Of a stretch of 64,000 nt of DNA, positions 1 to 10,600 are shown in pieces. The stretch lies in assembly GCA_002337145.1 (NCBI GenBank), contig DDFK01000003.1, forward strand, positions 1 through 64,000, written 5' to 3'. The stretch comes from Chitinophagaceae bacterium UBA1930. Its GTDB lineage: Bacteria > Bacteroidota > Bacteroidia > Chitinophagales > Chitinophagaceae. Made by a program: the position numbers and the translations under genes. Under the pieces are notes generated by a model, which was not told the origin of the DNA, made no database searches, and worked only from the letters and a program-made list of their open reading frames with translations. Position 1 is the first letter of the stretch. Every line of letters starts with the position of its first letter.

Positions 1-148
1 GAGCATCTTTAAGTATAGCTTTAAAAGTATACAAAGGCGAGGTTCCTATATCTCCGTAAACAATGCCTACCGAAATAAGGAACCCAGCCAGTGAAAGCTT
101 TTTGATATTTAATGATTCAGCTTTAATAACCAATACTATTTTATGATG

Positions 149-1225
149 TTAAAAACTGATCGCAAGTGAAGTAGATATCGCCAGGTTATCCCGGACGAAT
201 TTGCCGTTTTGATCTGCGAAAAGTTTATCTTTATTATTCAGATTTCTTACTTCAATTCGCCACATTGCATTGTCACTTATGCTGTAATCAAAATTGGCAG
301 AATAACCCCAAGTCTTGAAACCATTAGGCGAACCGGTTGCTATCAGTACACCTTTTTCATCGTTATAGTATTCTCCTCTTAAAGCAATACTTGATTTAGA
401 CGTAGGAGTATACCGTATGATGACTACCGGCGTATACCAGCTATTCATTGAGGAAGATCCTTTTGCTTTTTGCTCAAACCCAATATCAAACCCGGCAGTT
501 GCTGAAAACTTACGACCCAGTTGAAATATCCCGTAAAAATCGTGGAAGTACCGCATCTGCTTTACACTATCCGGTTTATCGTTACCAACGAAAGTGCTGC
601 TGTTTAGTGTAATTGCCTTAGATGGCTTAAAAGTGATCTGCGTGCCAAATGCAGGAGTCGTGTTTCTATCGATGCGTTGAATGCGTTGCCACCCGTTTAG
701 AACCAATGCACTGAGGTACCATTTTTCGTTAGGTAATGTGAATCCTACTTTGACGCCTGTTTCGAAATAAGGCGAGTTTTCAGCAGATAGGCTCCTGGTT
801 AACGTTGGGCAATCTTTACCTAATGCACTTTCCCAACCAATATGAGAAGGAAGAATACCGGCATCTAACCAGAGATTGCTTTTAGAAGAGAGCTTAACAC
901 CAATGTTCGCCTCATAAATATTCTTGAGTACACCCGGTTCAACTGCATAGTTGGCATTCATGTAAGTACCAGTCGCGAGTGACAGGTTAGCCCTAAGCTT
1001 TTCTGTGGTATACCCGGCCTTTATAAAACCCAGATTGAGGTTTATTTCATTGGCTCTGTTATGGCTGTAAATAAAAGAGGGCTTTGAATTGTTTAAGGGT
1101 TTATTGAACTCATATGAATAATAGGTTTCCAAATATCCACTTATGGATATAGGACTTTGTTTTACTTCTTGGGCTGTTGCATTTATACCTGTTAAAAGAA
1201 TAGCACCTAATACTACTTTTTTCAT
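149..1225 (-). CDS. Outer-membrane beta-barrel (porin-like) protein encoded after kdpC
   Basis: Signal peptide MKKVVLGAILLTGINATAQ. Sequence alternates hydrophobic and polar residues and is Y/G/N-rich in the manner of beta-strands. It ends in the C-terminal residues ISF, typical of outer-membrane proteins. It lies immediately after kdpC on the same strand, as Kdp-associated porins do in Bacteroidetes. Confidence 0.6.
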   Translation of the reverse strand: MKKVVLGAILLTGINATAQEVKQSPISISGYLETYYSYEFNKPLNNSKPSFIYSHNRANEINLNLGFIKAGYTTEKLRANLSLATGTYMNANYAVEPGVLKNIYEANIGVKLSSKSNLWLDAGILPSHIGWESALGKDCPTLTRSLSAENSPYFETGVKVGFTLPNEKWYLSALVLNGWQRIQRIDRNTTPAFGTQITFKPSKAITLNSSTFVGNDKPDSVKQMRYFHDFYGIFQLGRKFSATAGFDIGFEQKAKGSSSMNSWYTPVVIIRYTPTSKSSIALRGEYYNDEKGVLIATGSPNGFKTWGYSANFDYSISDNAMWRIEVRNLNNKDKLFADQNGKFVRDNLAISTSLAISF

Positions 1226-1230
1226 TTTTT

Positions 1231-1794
1231 TTATTTTAAGTTATCCAGAGCAATATTTAATTTAAGAACATTGATTTTTTCAGGACCCAGCAAACCTGCC
1301 AGCGGCTTTTCCGTGTTTTTTTCTACCAGTTCGGTGATTTTTTCTTCACTGACATTGCGGGCAACTGCAATCCTTTTGATTTGGATCTTTGCTGACTTTG
1401 GTGAGATATTAGGATCCAGGCCGCTACCTGAAGCCGTAACCATCTCAGCGGGTATTTCACTTCTTTTTACGGAAGGATTATGCACAAGGAAGGAATCAAT
1501 CCGTTCCGCTACAATTTTCAGATAGTCTGGATTCGAAGGCCCTTTGTTAGACCCGCCAGATCCGGCAGCGTTATAATCTACTGCCGATGGACGTCCCCAG
1601 AAATATTTATCTTCTGTAAATTTTTGCCCAACGTTGGCGTAGCCTACTACTTTCCCGTTTACTTGCAATTTTTCTCCATTGCCTTTACCTGGAGCCATTT
1701 TACTGATACCGGCAATCAGCAAAGGATAAATAGCAGAACACAGGATGATCATTACCAGTGTCAGTTTTAAAGAAGGCAGAATATATTTTTTCAT
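1231..1794 (-). CDS. kdpC: Potassium-transporting ATPase subunit C
   Basis: 187 aa with an N-terminal transmembrane helix followed by a periplasmic domain. It follows kdpB in a kdpFABC gene order, and its size is typical of KdpC. Confidence 0.85.
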   Translation of the reverse strand: MKKYILPSLKLTLVMIILCSAIYPLLIAGISKMAPGKGNGEKLQVNGKVVGYANVGQKFTEDKYFWGRPSAVDYNAAGSGGSNKGPSNPDYLKIVAERIDSFLVHNPSVKRSEIPAEMVTASGSGLDPNISPKSAKIQIKRIAVARNVSEEKITELVEKNTEKPLAGLLGPEKINVLKLNIALDNLK

Positions 1795-1812
1795 TTTTTT
1801 TTTAATTTTGTT

Positions 1813-3861
1813 TTACATGAATAATCCAAGAATCATATCAATCAATTTGATACCCAGGAACGGAATGACTACACCACCTAAACCATAGATCAATAGGTTT
1901 CTTCTTAACAAGGCACTTGCACCTATAGGCTTGTATGCTACCCCTCGGAGAGCGAGAGGGATCAACGCAGGTATGATCAAAGCATTGAAAATCACCGCCG
2001 ACAGAATAGCGCTTTCTGGGCTTTGTAGCTGCATGATATTTAACGCCTTTAGAGAAGGAATAGATGTGATAAATAATGCCGGTACAATGGCAAAGTATTT
2101 GGCTATATCATTGGCAATGGAAAAGGTAGTCAGCGTTCCCCTTGTCATCAAAAGCTGCTTTCCGATTTCCACGATCTCGATAAGCTTGGTAGGATCATTA
2201 TCCAGGTCCACCATATTGCCAGCCTCTTTGGCAGCCTGTGTGCCGCTGTTCATGGCAACACCAACATCTGCCTGGGCCAATGCAGGGGCATCATTTGTGC
2301 CATCACCCATCATGGCAACCAGTTTACCAGACTGTTGTTCATTTTTAATGTAGTTCATTTTATCTTCCGGCTTTGCCTCAGCAATAAAATCATCCACACC
2401 TGCTTTTTCTGCAATGTATTTTGCCGTTAAAGGGTTATCGCCGGTTACCATTACGGTTTTTACACCCATTTTTCTCAGGCGTTGAAAACGCTCCTGGATA
2501 CCCGGTTTAATGATGTCCTGTAATTCAATAACTCCAAGTATTTTATTATTTTCAGCTACCACCAGCGGTGTGCCGCCATTGCTGGAAATAGTATTCACGT
2601 TTTCGGCAATTTCAGCAGGGAATGAATTACCAGCTTTTTCCGCCATTTTTCGTATGGCATCTGTTGCACCTTTCCGGATTTTAGTATTGCCGAAGTCAAT
2701 ACCTGAACTACGGGTTTCAGCCGTGAATTTGATATAGGTAGGATTGTCAATCCGGTAGCTTAAAGGGTTAATGTTGGCAAGTTCGATAATGGATTTACCT
2801 TCCGGCGTTTCATCCGCCATTGAACTGAGCACAGCACATCGGATAAAATGACTTTCCTCAATTCCATCTGCGAAATAAAAGTTAGTAGCTTTCCTGTTAC
2901 CTATAGTTATCGTTCCTGTTTTATCCAAAAGCAGCGTATCAAGGTCGCCGGCTGTCTCCACTGCCTTACCGCTTTTGGTGATCACATTGGCGCGTAGAGC
3001 CCTGTCCATACCCGCGATGCCTATGGCGCTCAACAAGCCGCCAATGGTAGTTGGTATTAAACATACAAACAACGAAACAAAAGCAGCAATAGTAATCGGG
3101 GTGTTAGCATAGTCACCAAAGGGTTTCAGTGTTACACAAACCAGAACAAATACCAAGGTAAAACCTGCCAAAAGAATGGTAAGGGCAATTTCATTGGGTG
3201 TTTTCTGTCTGCTGGCGCCTTCCACTAATGCGATCATCTTATCCAAAAAACTCTCACCGGGGTTTGTATTAACCTTCACTTTGATGCGGTCACTCAACAC
3301 TTTCGTGCCGCCGGTAACGGAAGACTTATCTCCACCGGATTCCCTGATGACAGGAGCGGATTCGCCGGTTATGGCAGATTCGTCAATAGTTGCGATACCT
3401 TCTATGATCTCACCGTCCATCGGAATGATATCTCCTGTTTCGCAAAGGAATACATCTCCCTTTTTAAGTGATGAGGAAGAAACAATTTTCGTTTCACTAT
3501 CTATCATTCCCCTGGCCACTAAGACTAGCTTGGCGGGTGTTTCTTCACGCGTTTTGCGTAAACTATCTGCCTGGGCCTTTCCTCTGGCTTCCGCAATTGC
3601 CTCTGCAAAGTTTGCAAATAACAAGGTTAACAACAACGTGATGAATACAGCTAAGTTATAGCCTACAGATCCCTGGGCTACATCAGAAGACATGGCTGTG
3701 TAAATCGTAACCGCCAGCATTATGGCTGTTCCAACCTCTACCGTAAACATTACGGGGTTGCGAAAAAGTATCCGTGGGTGAAGCTTTACAAACGATTGTT
3801 TTAATGCTTCCCTAACCAGCGAAGCTTCAAACAGTTTGTTATTACTTATATTTTTTGACAT
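1813..3861 (-). CDS. kdpB: Potassium-transporting P-type ATPase subunit B
   Basis: Contains the DKTGTIT phosphorylation motif and the TGDN and [11 protein letters not shown]-type ATPase motifs. 682 aa. Sits between kdpA and kdpC. Confidence 0.95.
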   Translation of the reverse strand: MSKNISNNKLFEASLVREALKQSFVKLHPRILFRNPVMFTVEVGTAIMLAVTIYTAMSSDVAQGSVGYNLAVFITLLLTLLFANFAEAIAEARGKAQADSLRKTREETPAKLVLVARGMIDSETKIVSSSSLKKGDVFLCETGDIIPMDGEIIEGIATIDESAITGESAPVIRESGGDKSSVTGGTKVLSDRIKVKVNTNPGESFLDKMIALVEGASRQKTPNEIALTILLAGFTLVFVLVCVTLKPFGDYANTPITIAAFVSLFVCLIPTTIGGLLSAIGIAGMDRALRANVITKSGKAVETAGDLDTLLLDKTGTITIGNRKATNFYFADGIEESHFIRCAVLSSMADETPEGKSIIELANINPLSYRIDNPTYIKFTAETRSSGIDFGNTKIRKGATDAIRKMAEKAGNSFPAEIAENVNTISSNGGTPLVVAENNKILGVIELQDIIKPGIQERFQRLRKMGVKTVMVTGDNPLTAKYIAEKAGVDDFIAEAKPEDKMNYIKNEQQSGKLVAMMGDGTNDAPALAQADVGVAMNSGTQAAKEAGNMVDLDNDPTKLIEIVEIGKQLLMTRGTLTTFSIANDIAKYFAIVPALFITSIPSLKALNIMQLQSPESAILSAVIFNALIIPALIPLALRGVAYKPIGASALLRRNLLIYGLGGVVIPFLGIKLIDMILGLFM

Positions 3862-3890
3862 CTTATAAATTTATTTGGCTGTGTTAATAG

Positions 3891-5603
3891 TTATCTTAAG
3901 TTAAAAAATTCGGCTATTGGTCCTAACGTAAGTGCAGGGAAGAATGCCAATGCCGCAATGATGATTATTACCGCATAGGTCATAATGCCAAAAGTGACAG
4001 TATCGGTCTTAAGTGTTCCTGCAGCTTCTGGCGTATATTTCTTTGCAGCCAATAAACCTGCAATAGCAACGGGTCCGATAATGGGCAGGAACCTTCCAAG
4101 TATTAACACAAAACCTGTACTTATATTCCAGAATACATTATTATCGCCTAGTCCCTCAAAGCCGGAGCCGTTGTTAGCAGCCGACGATGTATACTCATAG
4201 AGCATTTCAGAAAAGCCGTGATTGCCTGGATTATTTAGCCAGGAGGATGGTTTAACTGCCCAGCTTGCTTCAGGATGATGAACAAGAACATAAGATGAAA
4301 TAGCAGTGCCAACCAGGATAATAAAAGGATGAAGCAGTGCGATCATCGAAGCGATCTTCATTTCCCTGGCTTCGATCTTTCTTCCCATAAATTCAGGGGT
4401 TCGTCCTACCATTAAACCGGAGATAAATACCGCTATGATCAGGAAAACAAAATAGTTTAATATTCCCACCCCTACACCTCCATAAAAACAGTTGGTCATC
4501 ATGCCTAATAATTGCATGGCGCCGGACATCGGCATCGAGCTGTCATGCATTGAGTTAACCGAGCCTGTGGAGATGATAGTTGTAACGACCTGCCAATATG
4601 CAGAAGCTGTTACACCTAACCGGACCTCTTTTCCTTCCATCGCCGCATTATCGGCAATACCCATATGCGTAAATGCAGGGTTCCCACTTGTTTCTGAGAC
4701 CAGATTGGGAATCAAAAAGGTAAGCATACCTACTGTCATCACACCAAAAATGATATAGGCCAGTTTCCTGCGTTTAATAAAGAAACCAAATGCAAAAATC
4801 AGCGCAATAGGAATCAGAACCTGTGCTATTACTTCAACCATATTGGTGAAGTAATTAGGATTTTCCAATGGATGGGTAGAATTGGCTCCGAACCAGCCGC
4901 CGCCGTTAGTGCCCAAATGTTTAATGGCTATCATACCAGCAGCCGGACCTCTCGAAACCTGTACGGAATCACCTTGTAAGGTAACGATGCTATCTTTTCC
5001 TTCAAAGCTTGCCGGTGTGCCATTGAAGGCCAGCAAGCCTGCAATAACAATACATATAGGAATTAGGATACGGGTAAGTGTCTTGGTAAAAAACACAAAA
5101 AAGTTTCCCAATTTATCTGTCGTTTTTCCTGCAAATGCACGGAATAGGACAACTACAGCAGCAATACCTGTAGCAGCTGTTACAAATTGCAGAAAAGTGA
5201 TTACAATTAACTGGCTTAAATAGGTGATCCCGGTTTCTCCTGAATAGTGCTGGAGGTTGCAATTAACCAGAAAACTAATATCAGTATTAAATGCCAGATC
5301 TGGTGTCATGCTCGGATTACCATCCGGATTAAGGAATAAACTGCCCTGGAATATCAATACAAAAAATGCATAGACAAACCAGACCATGTTAATGGAAAGC
5401 AACGCTATCATGTGTTGTTTCCAATTCATTTCTTTATTAGGGTCAATTCCACAGAACCGGAAAATGAAACGTTCCAGTGGATTTAAAAAATCGGTAAACG
5501 TTTTTTCGCCCTTAAAAACTTTGGCTATATATTTTCCCAATGGGAATGCTAATAGCACCGTTATGAGGAAGGTGACAATAATGCCAATCAGTTCAGTATT
5601 CAT
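3891..5603 (-). CDS. kdpA: Potassium-transporting ATPase subunit A (channel-like subunit)
   Basis: 570-aa polytopic membrane protein with a KdpA-like N-terminus (MNTELIGIIVTFLI...) and several glycine-rich selectivity-filter-like segments. First large gene of the kdp operon. Confidence 0.9.
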   Translation of the reverse strand: MNTELIGIIVTFLITVLLAFPLGKYIAKVFKGEKTFTDFLNPLERFIFRFCGIDPNKEMNWKQHMIALLSINMVWFVYAFFVLIFQGSLFLNPDGNPSMTPDLAFNTDISFLVNCNLQHYSGETGITYLSQLIVITFLQFVTAATGIAAVVVLFRAFAGKTTDKLGNFFVFFTKTLTRILIPICIVIAGLLAFNGTPASFEGKDSIVTLQGDSVQVSRGPAAGMIAIKHLGTNGGGWFGANSTHPLENPNYFTNMVEVIAQVLIPIALIFAFGFFIKRRKLAYIIFGVMTVGMLTFLIPNLVSETSGNPAFTHMGIADNAAMEGKEVRLGVTASAYWQVVTTIISTGSVNSMHDSSMPMSGAMQLLGMMTNCFYGGVGVGILNYFVFLIIAVFISGLMVGRTPEFMGRKIEAREMKIASMIALLHPFIILVGTAISSYVLVHHPEASWAVKPSSWLNNPGNHGFSEMLYEYTSSAANNGSGFEGLGDNNVFWNISTGFVLILGRFLPIIGPVAIAGLLAAKKYTPEAAGTLKTDTVTFGIMTYAVIIIIAALAFFPALTLGPIAEFFNLR

Positions 5604-5637
5604 TATCAGTTGATTTAGCTATTAAAATTTTTCAGGT

Positions 5638-5706
5638 TTAATTAATACGTACAGGAGGTATATAAATACCAGTATTGCGACCACGAGTAAGAATATCATC
5701 ATCATA
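5638..5706 (-). CDS. kdpF: Small hydrophobic peptide, probable KdpF
   Basis: Hand translation of the minus strand gives MMMIFLLVVAILVFIYLLYVLI (22 aa, one transmembrane helix). It ends 34 nt upstream of kdpA. Its C-terminal YLLYVLI resembles E. coli KdpF YLVYALI. The start is ambiguous among three consecutive ATG codons. Confidence 0.5.
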   Translation of the reverse strand, partial: YDDDILTRGRNTGIYIPPVRIN

Positions 5707-5981
5707 TTTCAGAATTTAAGAGTTAAACTTTTTCAAAAAAGTCAATGGATTTAAAAAAAACGGCAAAGCACACAAGGCCAGCTAGTAGGAGTAAAACGGT
5801 CATAATTTGTTGATTTTTTATTTTAGTTAATAGTTATTGTTTGAGTATTTTAAATTTTAGATACACCATGTAAACAAACGACAAGGCGAATAGCCATAGA
5901 AATATGATCATTACTATTTCTTTAGCAGTGTATTTGGGCTTTCGTTCTTTCATATGTTATTCAACTTTAAAAGATGGAACC

Positions 5982-6257
5982 CTAAATCCCAAATGTTATA
6001 ACCTGTTTATAGTATTGCTGTCGTAAAATTTCTGGTAACAGATTAATAGCGCGGGGCTTGTTTATTTCAATAAAACTTGAAACAGAAAATAAGAATACAT
6101 TGAGTACTGCATTCTTTATTTCTGTATTTCCCGCCACATAAATCTTTTCCGCTAAAACGAAATATCTTTTTAGCCTAGTGATATTATCTTGGACGATAAT
6201 CACTTTAGTTAATTCAGCTAACCTTTGTGCTCTTTTATATGGAGATTCCACTTTCAC
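5982..6257 (-). CDS. Hypothetical protein (91 aa), possibly a gene fragment
   Basis: ORF only; no motif recognised. Lies in the decayed region between kdp and the island. Confidence 0.2.
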   Translation of the reverse strand: MKVESPYKRAQRLAELTKVIIVQDNITRLKRYFVLAEKIYVAGNTEIKNAVLNVFLFSVSSFIEINKPRAINLLPEILRQQYYKQVITFGI

Positions 6258-6780
6258 TTCTATTTAATTTAAGTTGCTGATAAGAGGTAGGCAAATGAAG
6301 GACCAAAGCCGGCAAGAAAATAATAGAGGCTCATAAAACTCTGATTAACAGTGTTTTATGTACGAAAATGCTCTTTTTTACAGATGACATTTTTTCGATA
6401 AAAATCTATCATAATGATAGGGTCTATCAATATAAGGTGGGCTAAGTCTATCAAATAGAAAATATAGGAAAACTGAGGATAATCACTATAAGCAATGATA
6501 TCGAACAGCAATAAAATACCATTACATGGCTAAAAGATTTTCTAGTTGCTTCTATCCAAGATACTTCTTAATATATCGTTCTTTGGTCTTAGGTAGCGAG
6601 TTCATTCCTGCGCACGGTTTAGTTAAACCACGGGTGCAAGCAAAGTATCTGTAAAAAATATAGTATAAGCTTGGTAAATTACCATCCGTTTTTTGGGTAC
6701 CACTTCATTCATAGAAGCTATTTAATGTCCTAAATCCCTACGCTGCGTTCTAATGAGATCAATGCTGAGGCGTAGTCTAT

Positions 6781-6985
6781 TAACTTAAGTAGTCTCTCAA
6801 AAATTCCTGAAAACATGATTTTTTAAAATTTTGGAGACGTGGATTTAAGTAGTCTTATTTCTTTACCAGATACTACTGTATTTAGGAACAAAGGAAATGT
6901 AGATTTATCTGGTGTTACAGCAATTCCAAAAAAAAATCAAGTTCGAGAACTCAGGTTCTGTTGATTTAAGTAGCCTTATATAAAG
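6781..6985. repeat. Four direct copies of a ~16-18-nt motif (TGGATTTAAGTAGTCTTA-like) at a ~60-bp period
   Basis: Motif copies at ~6786 (ttaagtagtctc), 6842 (tggatttaagtagtctta), 6902 (tagatttatctggtgtta, degenerate) and 6962 (ttgatttaagtagcctta). The ~42-bp intervening sequences are unrelated to each other. Confidence 0.45.
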
Positions 6986-7092
6986 CAATAAAATAATCCC
7001 CAAGACCAATCTTAAATATAAATTCAAAATAAGTGGCAAGAATATTAAGCGGTACCATAACGCCAGGGTGCTATTATCTGTAGTGCTTCGCT

Positions 7093-8013
7093 TTAACCTT
7101 GTCTGTCTATTATTGTAATGCCCGCCAAATTTGCCTGGTTGTTTTTCAAAAAGGCAAAGGTCATTTTATCCACTTTGCAGTTAATAAACTGCACCCTTTT
7201 AAATTTTTTATTATTTTTAAAGAACGTGTTTACAAGCATTGCATTTTGGAATGTAACTCCGTAAAAGGCACAATTTTCAAAATGACAATCCTCCAATCTG
7301 CCTTCAAAAATAATATCCTGAATCCCCATTTCAGTAAAAGAGGTGTTATTCCATTTAGCATTTCCAATTATGTTTTTTCCGAAGTTGCCGGATTTGAATA
7401 TCGTTTTGGTAAAATCGGTATCAGAGAGGTCACTGTCTCCGACATTGCTTTTTGAAAATTCAGTTTCTTTCAATGAACAGTTTTTAAATATATTGTTGCT
7501 CAGGTTAGAACGCTGAATTTGGCTGTTGCTGATGTCGGAATCCGTGAAGTCACAGTCGACAATATTATTGCTGTTTAGAAGAAGCCCCGACATATTTGAA
7601 CCGATAAACAAACATCTCTGCATATTGGCGGAGCTAAATTTTTCGTGCAGATTTTTCAACCCTGAAAAGTCACTGTCCACCAGGTTCAACTTTGACATAT
7701 CCCAACTCGGTTTTTTGCTTTTCGTTGAAGATGGAAATTCATCTGATTGTTTTTTTATTGGCTCAATAGGTTTCATTTCTGCTTCTATGGATTTGAAACT
7801 GTCTGAAAAATGATTAAGGTCAACTCCAAGAATTTCAGCAAGATGGTTTAAAGTCGTGATGTCGGGCATTGATTCACCCCGTTCCCATTTACCTACAGCC
7901 TGTGGACTAATACTTGCTTTGCAAGTTCTGCCTGTGAAAGATTAATTTTCTTTCTTGCTTCTGCAATTTTATTGCCAATGGATTTTGAATTAAATTTCAT
8001 TTTGAGTAATATT
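7093..8013 (-). pseudogene. HTH-XRE plus pentapeptide-repeat protein disrupted by a 1-nt frameshift
   Basis: Minus strand reading from 8013 gives MKFNSKSIGNKIAEARKKINLSQAELAKQ. A frame change at ~7940 then gives SISPQAVGKWERGESMPDITTLNHLAEILGVDLNHF. Together these form a complete XRE helix-turn-helix spanning the frameshift. The downstream 258-aa ORF (7093..7869) is pentapeptide-repeat-like (SDISNSQIQRSNLSNNIFKNCSL...). Confidence 0.5.
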
Positions 8014-8018
8014 ATAAA

Positions 8019-8408
8019 TTATTTTGTTGTCATCTGCTTATTAATACTGGCAATTTCACGGACTGCGTTGGCGACAGCACGGAAATCTTTTTTCAGGATT
8101 AGATCGTGATTGCTCGAAACTTTTGCACTGATTTTGATCTTCGATTTATTGCCTCGTGCTCTTTCGTCATAAGTAATATGTCGAAATTCAGAACCGATAT
8201 CGTCTATGACTTTCTTCCAATACCCTTGAGTGGCAAATTGACCATTAAGGTAGATTATAGGAATACCAGAACCACCTGTGTCGGTGGCAGCCAATGCGGT
8301 GTCATCAATAGGGACCATGCCCGTCCAAACAAACTGGCTAGTTGATAGATTTTCATTTTCTTCTGTTTCGGCAATTTTATTGCCGATTGGTTTTGAATTT
8401 AGCATCAT
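8019..8408 (-). pseudogene. Chimeric fragment: duplicated HTH-protein N-terminus fused to an alpha/beta-hydrolase N-terminal fragment
   Basis: N-terminus MMLNSKPIGNKIAETEENENLS parallels MKFNSKSIGNKIAEARKKINLS of the upstream gene. A ~40-nt DNA segment is duplicated at 7975-8013 and 8370-8408. The remainder (IPIIYLNGQFATQGYW...ITYDERARGNS) resembles the N-terminal ~100 aa of an alpha/beta hydrolase, truncated. Confidence 0.35.
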
Positions 8409-8525
8409 TTTATTTTTATTCTTTTGATGCTACAAAGCTATTATGCCGCATAGGTACAGTGTAAATAAAACGGGCTACTTTCAGTTGTAAGTATGTTACC
8501 TTCAGTTATTTTCTGACAACTAATA

Positions 8526-8900
8526 GTGGTTTTGCGGCTTTTACGAATTTATTGTAATAAAGTGTCGTCAAACCTAGAATGGGAACATGGAAATGCTAAA
8601 GTAGGCCAAGCTATGAAAGCTTCGTTGGCCGCTCACGCCGCCGCCATGGAAATTACAGATCCGGTATATATCAATCGCCCGCGCAATAGGGCAAACAGTC
8701 GCAACCGCCCATATGGCGGATCATTCATGGGTGGAGCAATCTATGGCCTAAACGCCCTTAAACTAACCGGTAAGTCCATTGAAGAAGAAAGGGAATGGCA
8801 AAACCAAAGGTTGCAATCCTTATTACCTGATGAAATCGTAAACCTTGTCTTAGAAACCAGAAAGGTCAAAGAAAAAGGGTTTAAAGACTTAAGGGATTAG
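8526..8900 (+). CDS. Hypothetical protein (start uncertain; an internal Met at MKASLAAHAAAM is plausible)
   Basis: ORF only. Confidence 0.2.
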   Translation: MVLRLLRIYCNKVSSNLEWEHGNAKVGQAMKASLAAHAAAMEITDPVYINRPRNRANSRNRPYGGSFMGGAIYGLNALKLTGKSIEEEREWQNQRLQSLLPDEIVNLVLETRKVKEKGFKDLRD

Positions 8901-9032
8901 CTAACTGATTCTATTAATGCTACTCCTCCCTTTAGAAAAGGCAGCAGAACAAAACGGTACATACGCTTGCAGGGAAATGTGCATTGATGAAAACAATGAT
9001 ATTTGCATCCCCTGCAAGAGAATGTGAATAGG

Positions 9033-9320
9033 TTACTTTGTGCTTAACGCTTTCAGTTTTGTACTAAGTTCTGTCAGACCTGCCTTTGTCAGATAGTCGT
9101 CTGCAATGGCTTCTAATTCCTGTAAGGTTTCCGGTGGTATGCTTTCCAGCAGGTTGGATGATTTGTCATCATCTTTTGCCGACAAACCCCGCTTAATCAC
9201 ACTGTTTAGCAGCAGTACATTTTTACGTGAGATTTTCATATCAATCTTCACTGTCTCATTCATGCCAGGGATACTCAATATGGTATCATACACTTTGGCT
9301 ACATCATTTGTTGTTAGCAT
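9033..9320 (-). CDS. Hypothetical small protein (95 aa)
   Basis: ORF only; charged, helical composition. Lies next to the mobilisation module. Confidence 0.25.
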   Translation of the reverse strand: MLTTNDVAKVYDTILSIPGMNETVKIDMKISRKNVLLLNSVIKRGLSAKDDDKSSNLLESIPPETLQELEAIADDYLTKAGLTELSTKLKALSTK

Positions 9321-9481
9321 AACATCATGTTTTTAAATTGTTCAAACTTCACGATACAAATTTATCTGTAAGCTCTTAAAACATCCTCATCATAATATGG
9401 TGAGGATAGGTAGAACCCCTACCGCTTGTTTAACTTCGTATCCGAATGTAACTGAATAGTGAACGAGATAAATGTGCGGTT

Positions 9482-10381
9482 ATGAATTTCGGTAAGCAAG
9501 GGCTTTCCATAGCGGAGGCCAAAGAAATGGATATGGTGGATTACCTGTCCAAATTAGGCTATGAGCCAGCCAAAATCAGAAATGCGGATCATTGGTATTT
9601 ATCGCCCCTGAGAGATGAGCACACACCATCTTTTAAGGTCAACAGAAAAATAAACCGATGGTACGATCATGGGCTGGGGAAAGGTGGCAACTTAGTTGAC
9701 TTCGGTATTCTTTACCACAACTGTTCTGTAGGTGAATTTCTCCAAAAAATGACTGCTGGTTTTTCCTTTCATAAGCCTATTATTCATCTTCCTTTCGAGC
9801 ATGAATCGGAGTATAAAATTACCATCCTTCAGGACTTTTGCATCAGTTCCTTCGCTCTGCTGAAATATTTCGAACAAAGAAAGATTCCGCACGATATTGC
9901 GGAACAGTTTTGTAGGGAAGTCCGCTACAATCTGAATGATAAAATATACTATGGCATTGGCTTTAAAAATGATGCCGGTGGATATGAAATCCGCAACCCA
10001 TATTTTAAGGCAAGCAGTTCACCCAAAGACGTAACCACGTTCAACCACAGAGGGAATGAAGTAGCCGTTTTTGAGGGCTTTACCGATTTCCTTTCTTTCA
10101 TGGCGATCCACCAAAAACAACCGAAGACCGATACTGATTTTATCATTTTAAATTCAGTTTCATTCTTTGAAAAAGCACGGCCTTTCATGGAACAGCACGA
10201 GGCTGTAAGGCTTTATTTAGATAGGGATATCGCCGGACAAAATTTCAGTCGCTATGCCCTGTCATTAAGCAATAAATACAAAGACGAAAGTAGATTATAC
10301 AAAAGCCATAAAGACCTTAACGAATGGCTTATGAAATCAGGCGATAATCAGAAGAAGCATTTAAGGCAAAGGCTGCGATAA
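9482..10381 (+). CDS. Toprim-domain primase-like protein with a degenerate CHC2-like N-terminus
   Basis: N-terminus HWYLSPLRDEHTPSFKV...WYDHGLGKGGNLVDF matches a cysteine-less zf-CHC2 primase N-terminal pattern. The C-terminal half is Toprim-like (EGFTDFLS...LDRD). This protein type occurs in Bacteroidetes conjugative and mobilisable elements. Confidence 0.7.
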   Translation: MNFGKQGLSIAEAKEMDMVDYLSKLGYEPAKIRNADHWYLSPLRDEHTPSFKVNRKINRWYDHGLGKGGNLVDFGILYHNCSVGEFLQKMTAGFSFHKPIIHLPFEHESEYKITILQDFCISSFALLKYFEQRKIPHDIAEQFCREVRYNLNDKIYYGIGFKNDAGGYEIRNPYFKASSSPKDVTTFNHRGNEVAVFEGFTDFLSFMAIHQKQPKTDTDFIILNSVSFFEKARPFMEQHEAVRLYLDRDIAGQNFSRYALSLSNKYKDESRLYKSHKDLNEWLMKSGDNQKKHLRQRLR

Positions 10382-10509
10382 ATCTGCATGCTTAAAAGAG
10401 GCTGCAAAGTTATTTAGACGACTGTTTATACAAAAGACCTTAAAAGCATCCTAAATGACTATCAAAAATCTTCCAGGACTTACGGAAGGCTGTGAGATTG
10501 CCTCTTTTC

Positions 10510-10600
10510 AGCAATCGGCCAGATGTCCGGTTGTTTAACAACCGAATCTGGCCGCCCTTACTCCGAAGTCGTGGGCGGGGGACACTGATAGGTTAAACAG
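10510..10600 (+). promoter_or_regulatory. Candidate oriT: long imperfect inverted repeat upstream of the relaxosome genes
   Basis: cggccagatgtccggttgtttaacaaccgaatctggccg (10516-10554) is a nested perfect inverted repeat. It is followed by a second repeat cgccc...gggcg. It lies 70 bp upstream of the first mobilisation gene. Confidence 0.4.

Noticed and set aside
6781-6985. Possible CRISPR array
   Set aside because: The repeat units are only ~16-18 nt, below the usual CRISPR repeat length of 23 nt or more, and they are imperfect. No cas genes are in the window. Kept as a repeat and finding only.
5700-9480. Integrase or transposase for the island at its left end
   Set aside because: No ORF in this region shows a tyrosine-recombinase (R..H..R..Y), serine-recombinase or DDE signature. 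Only fragments and hypothetical ORFs were found.
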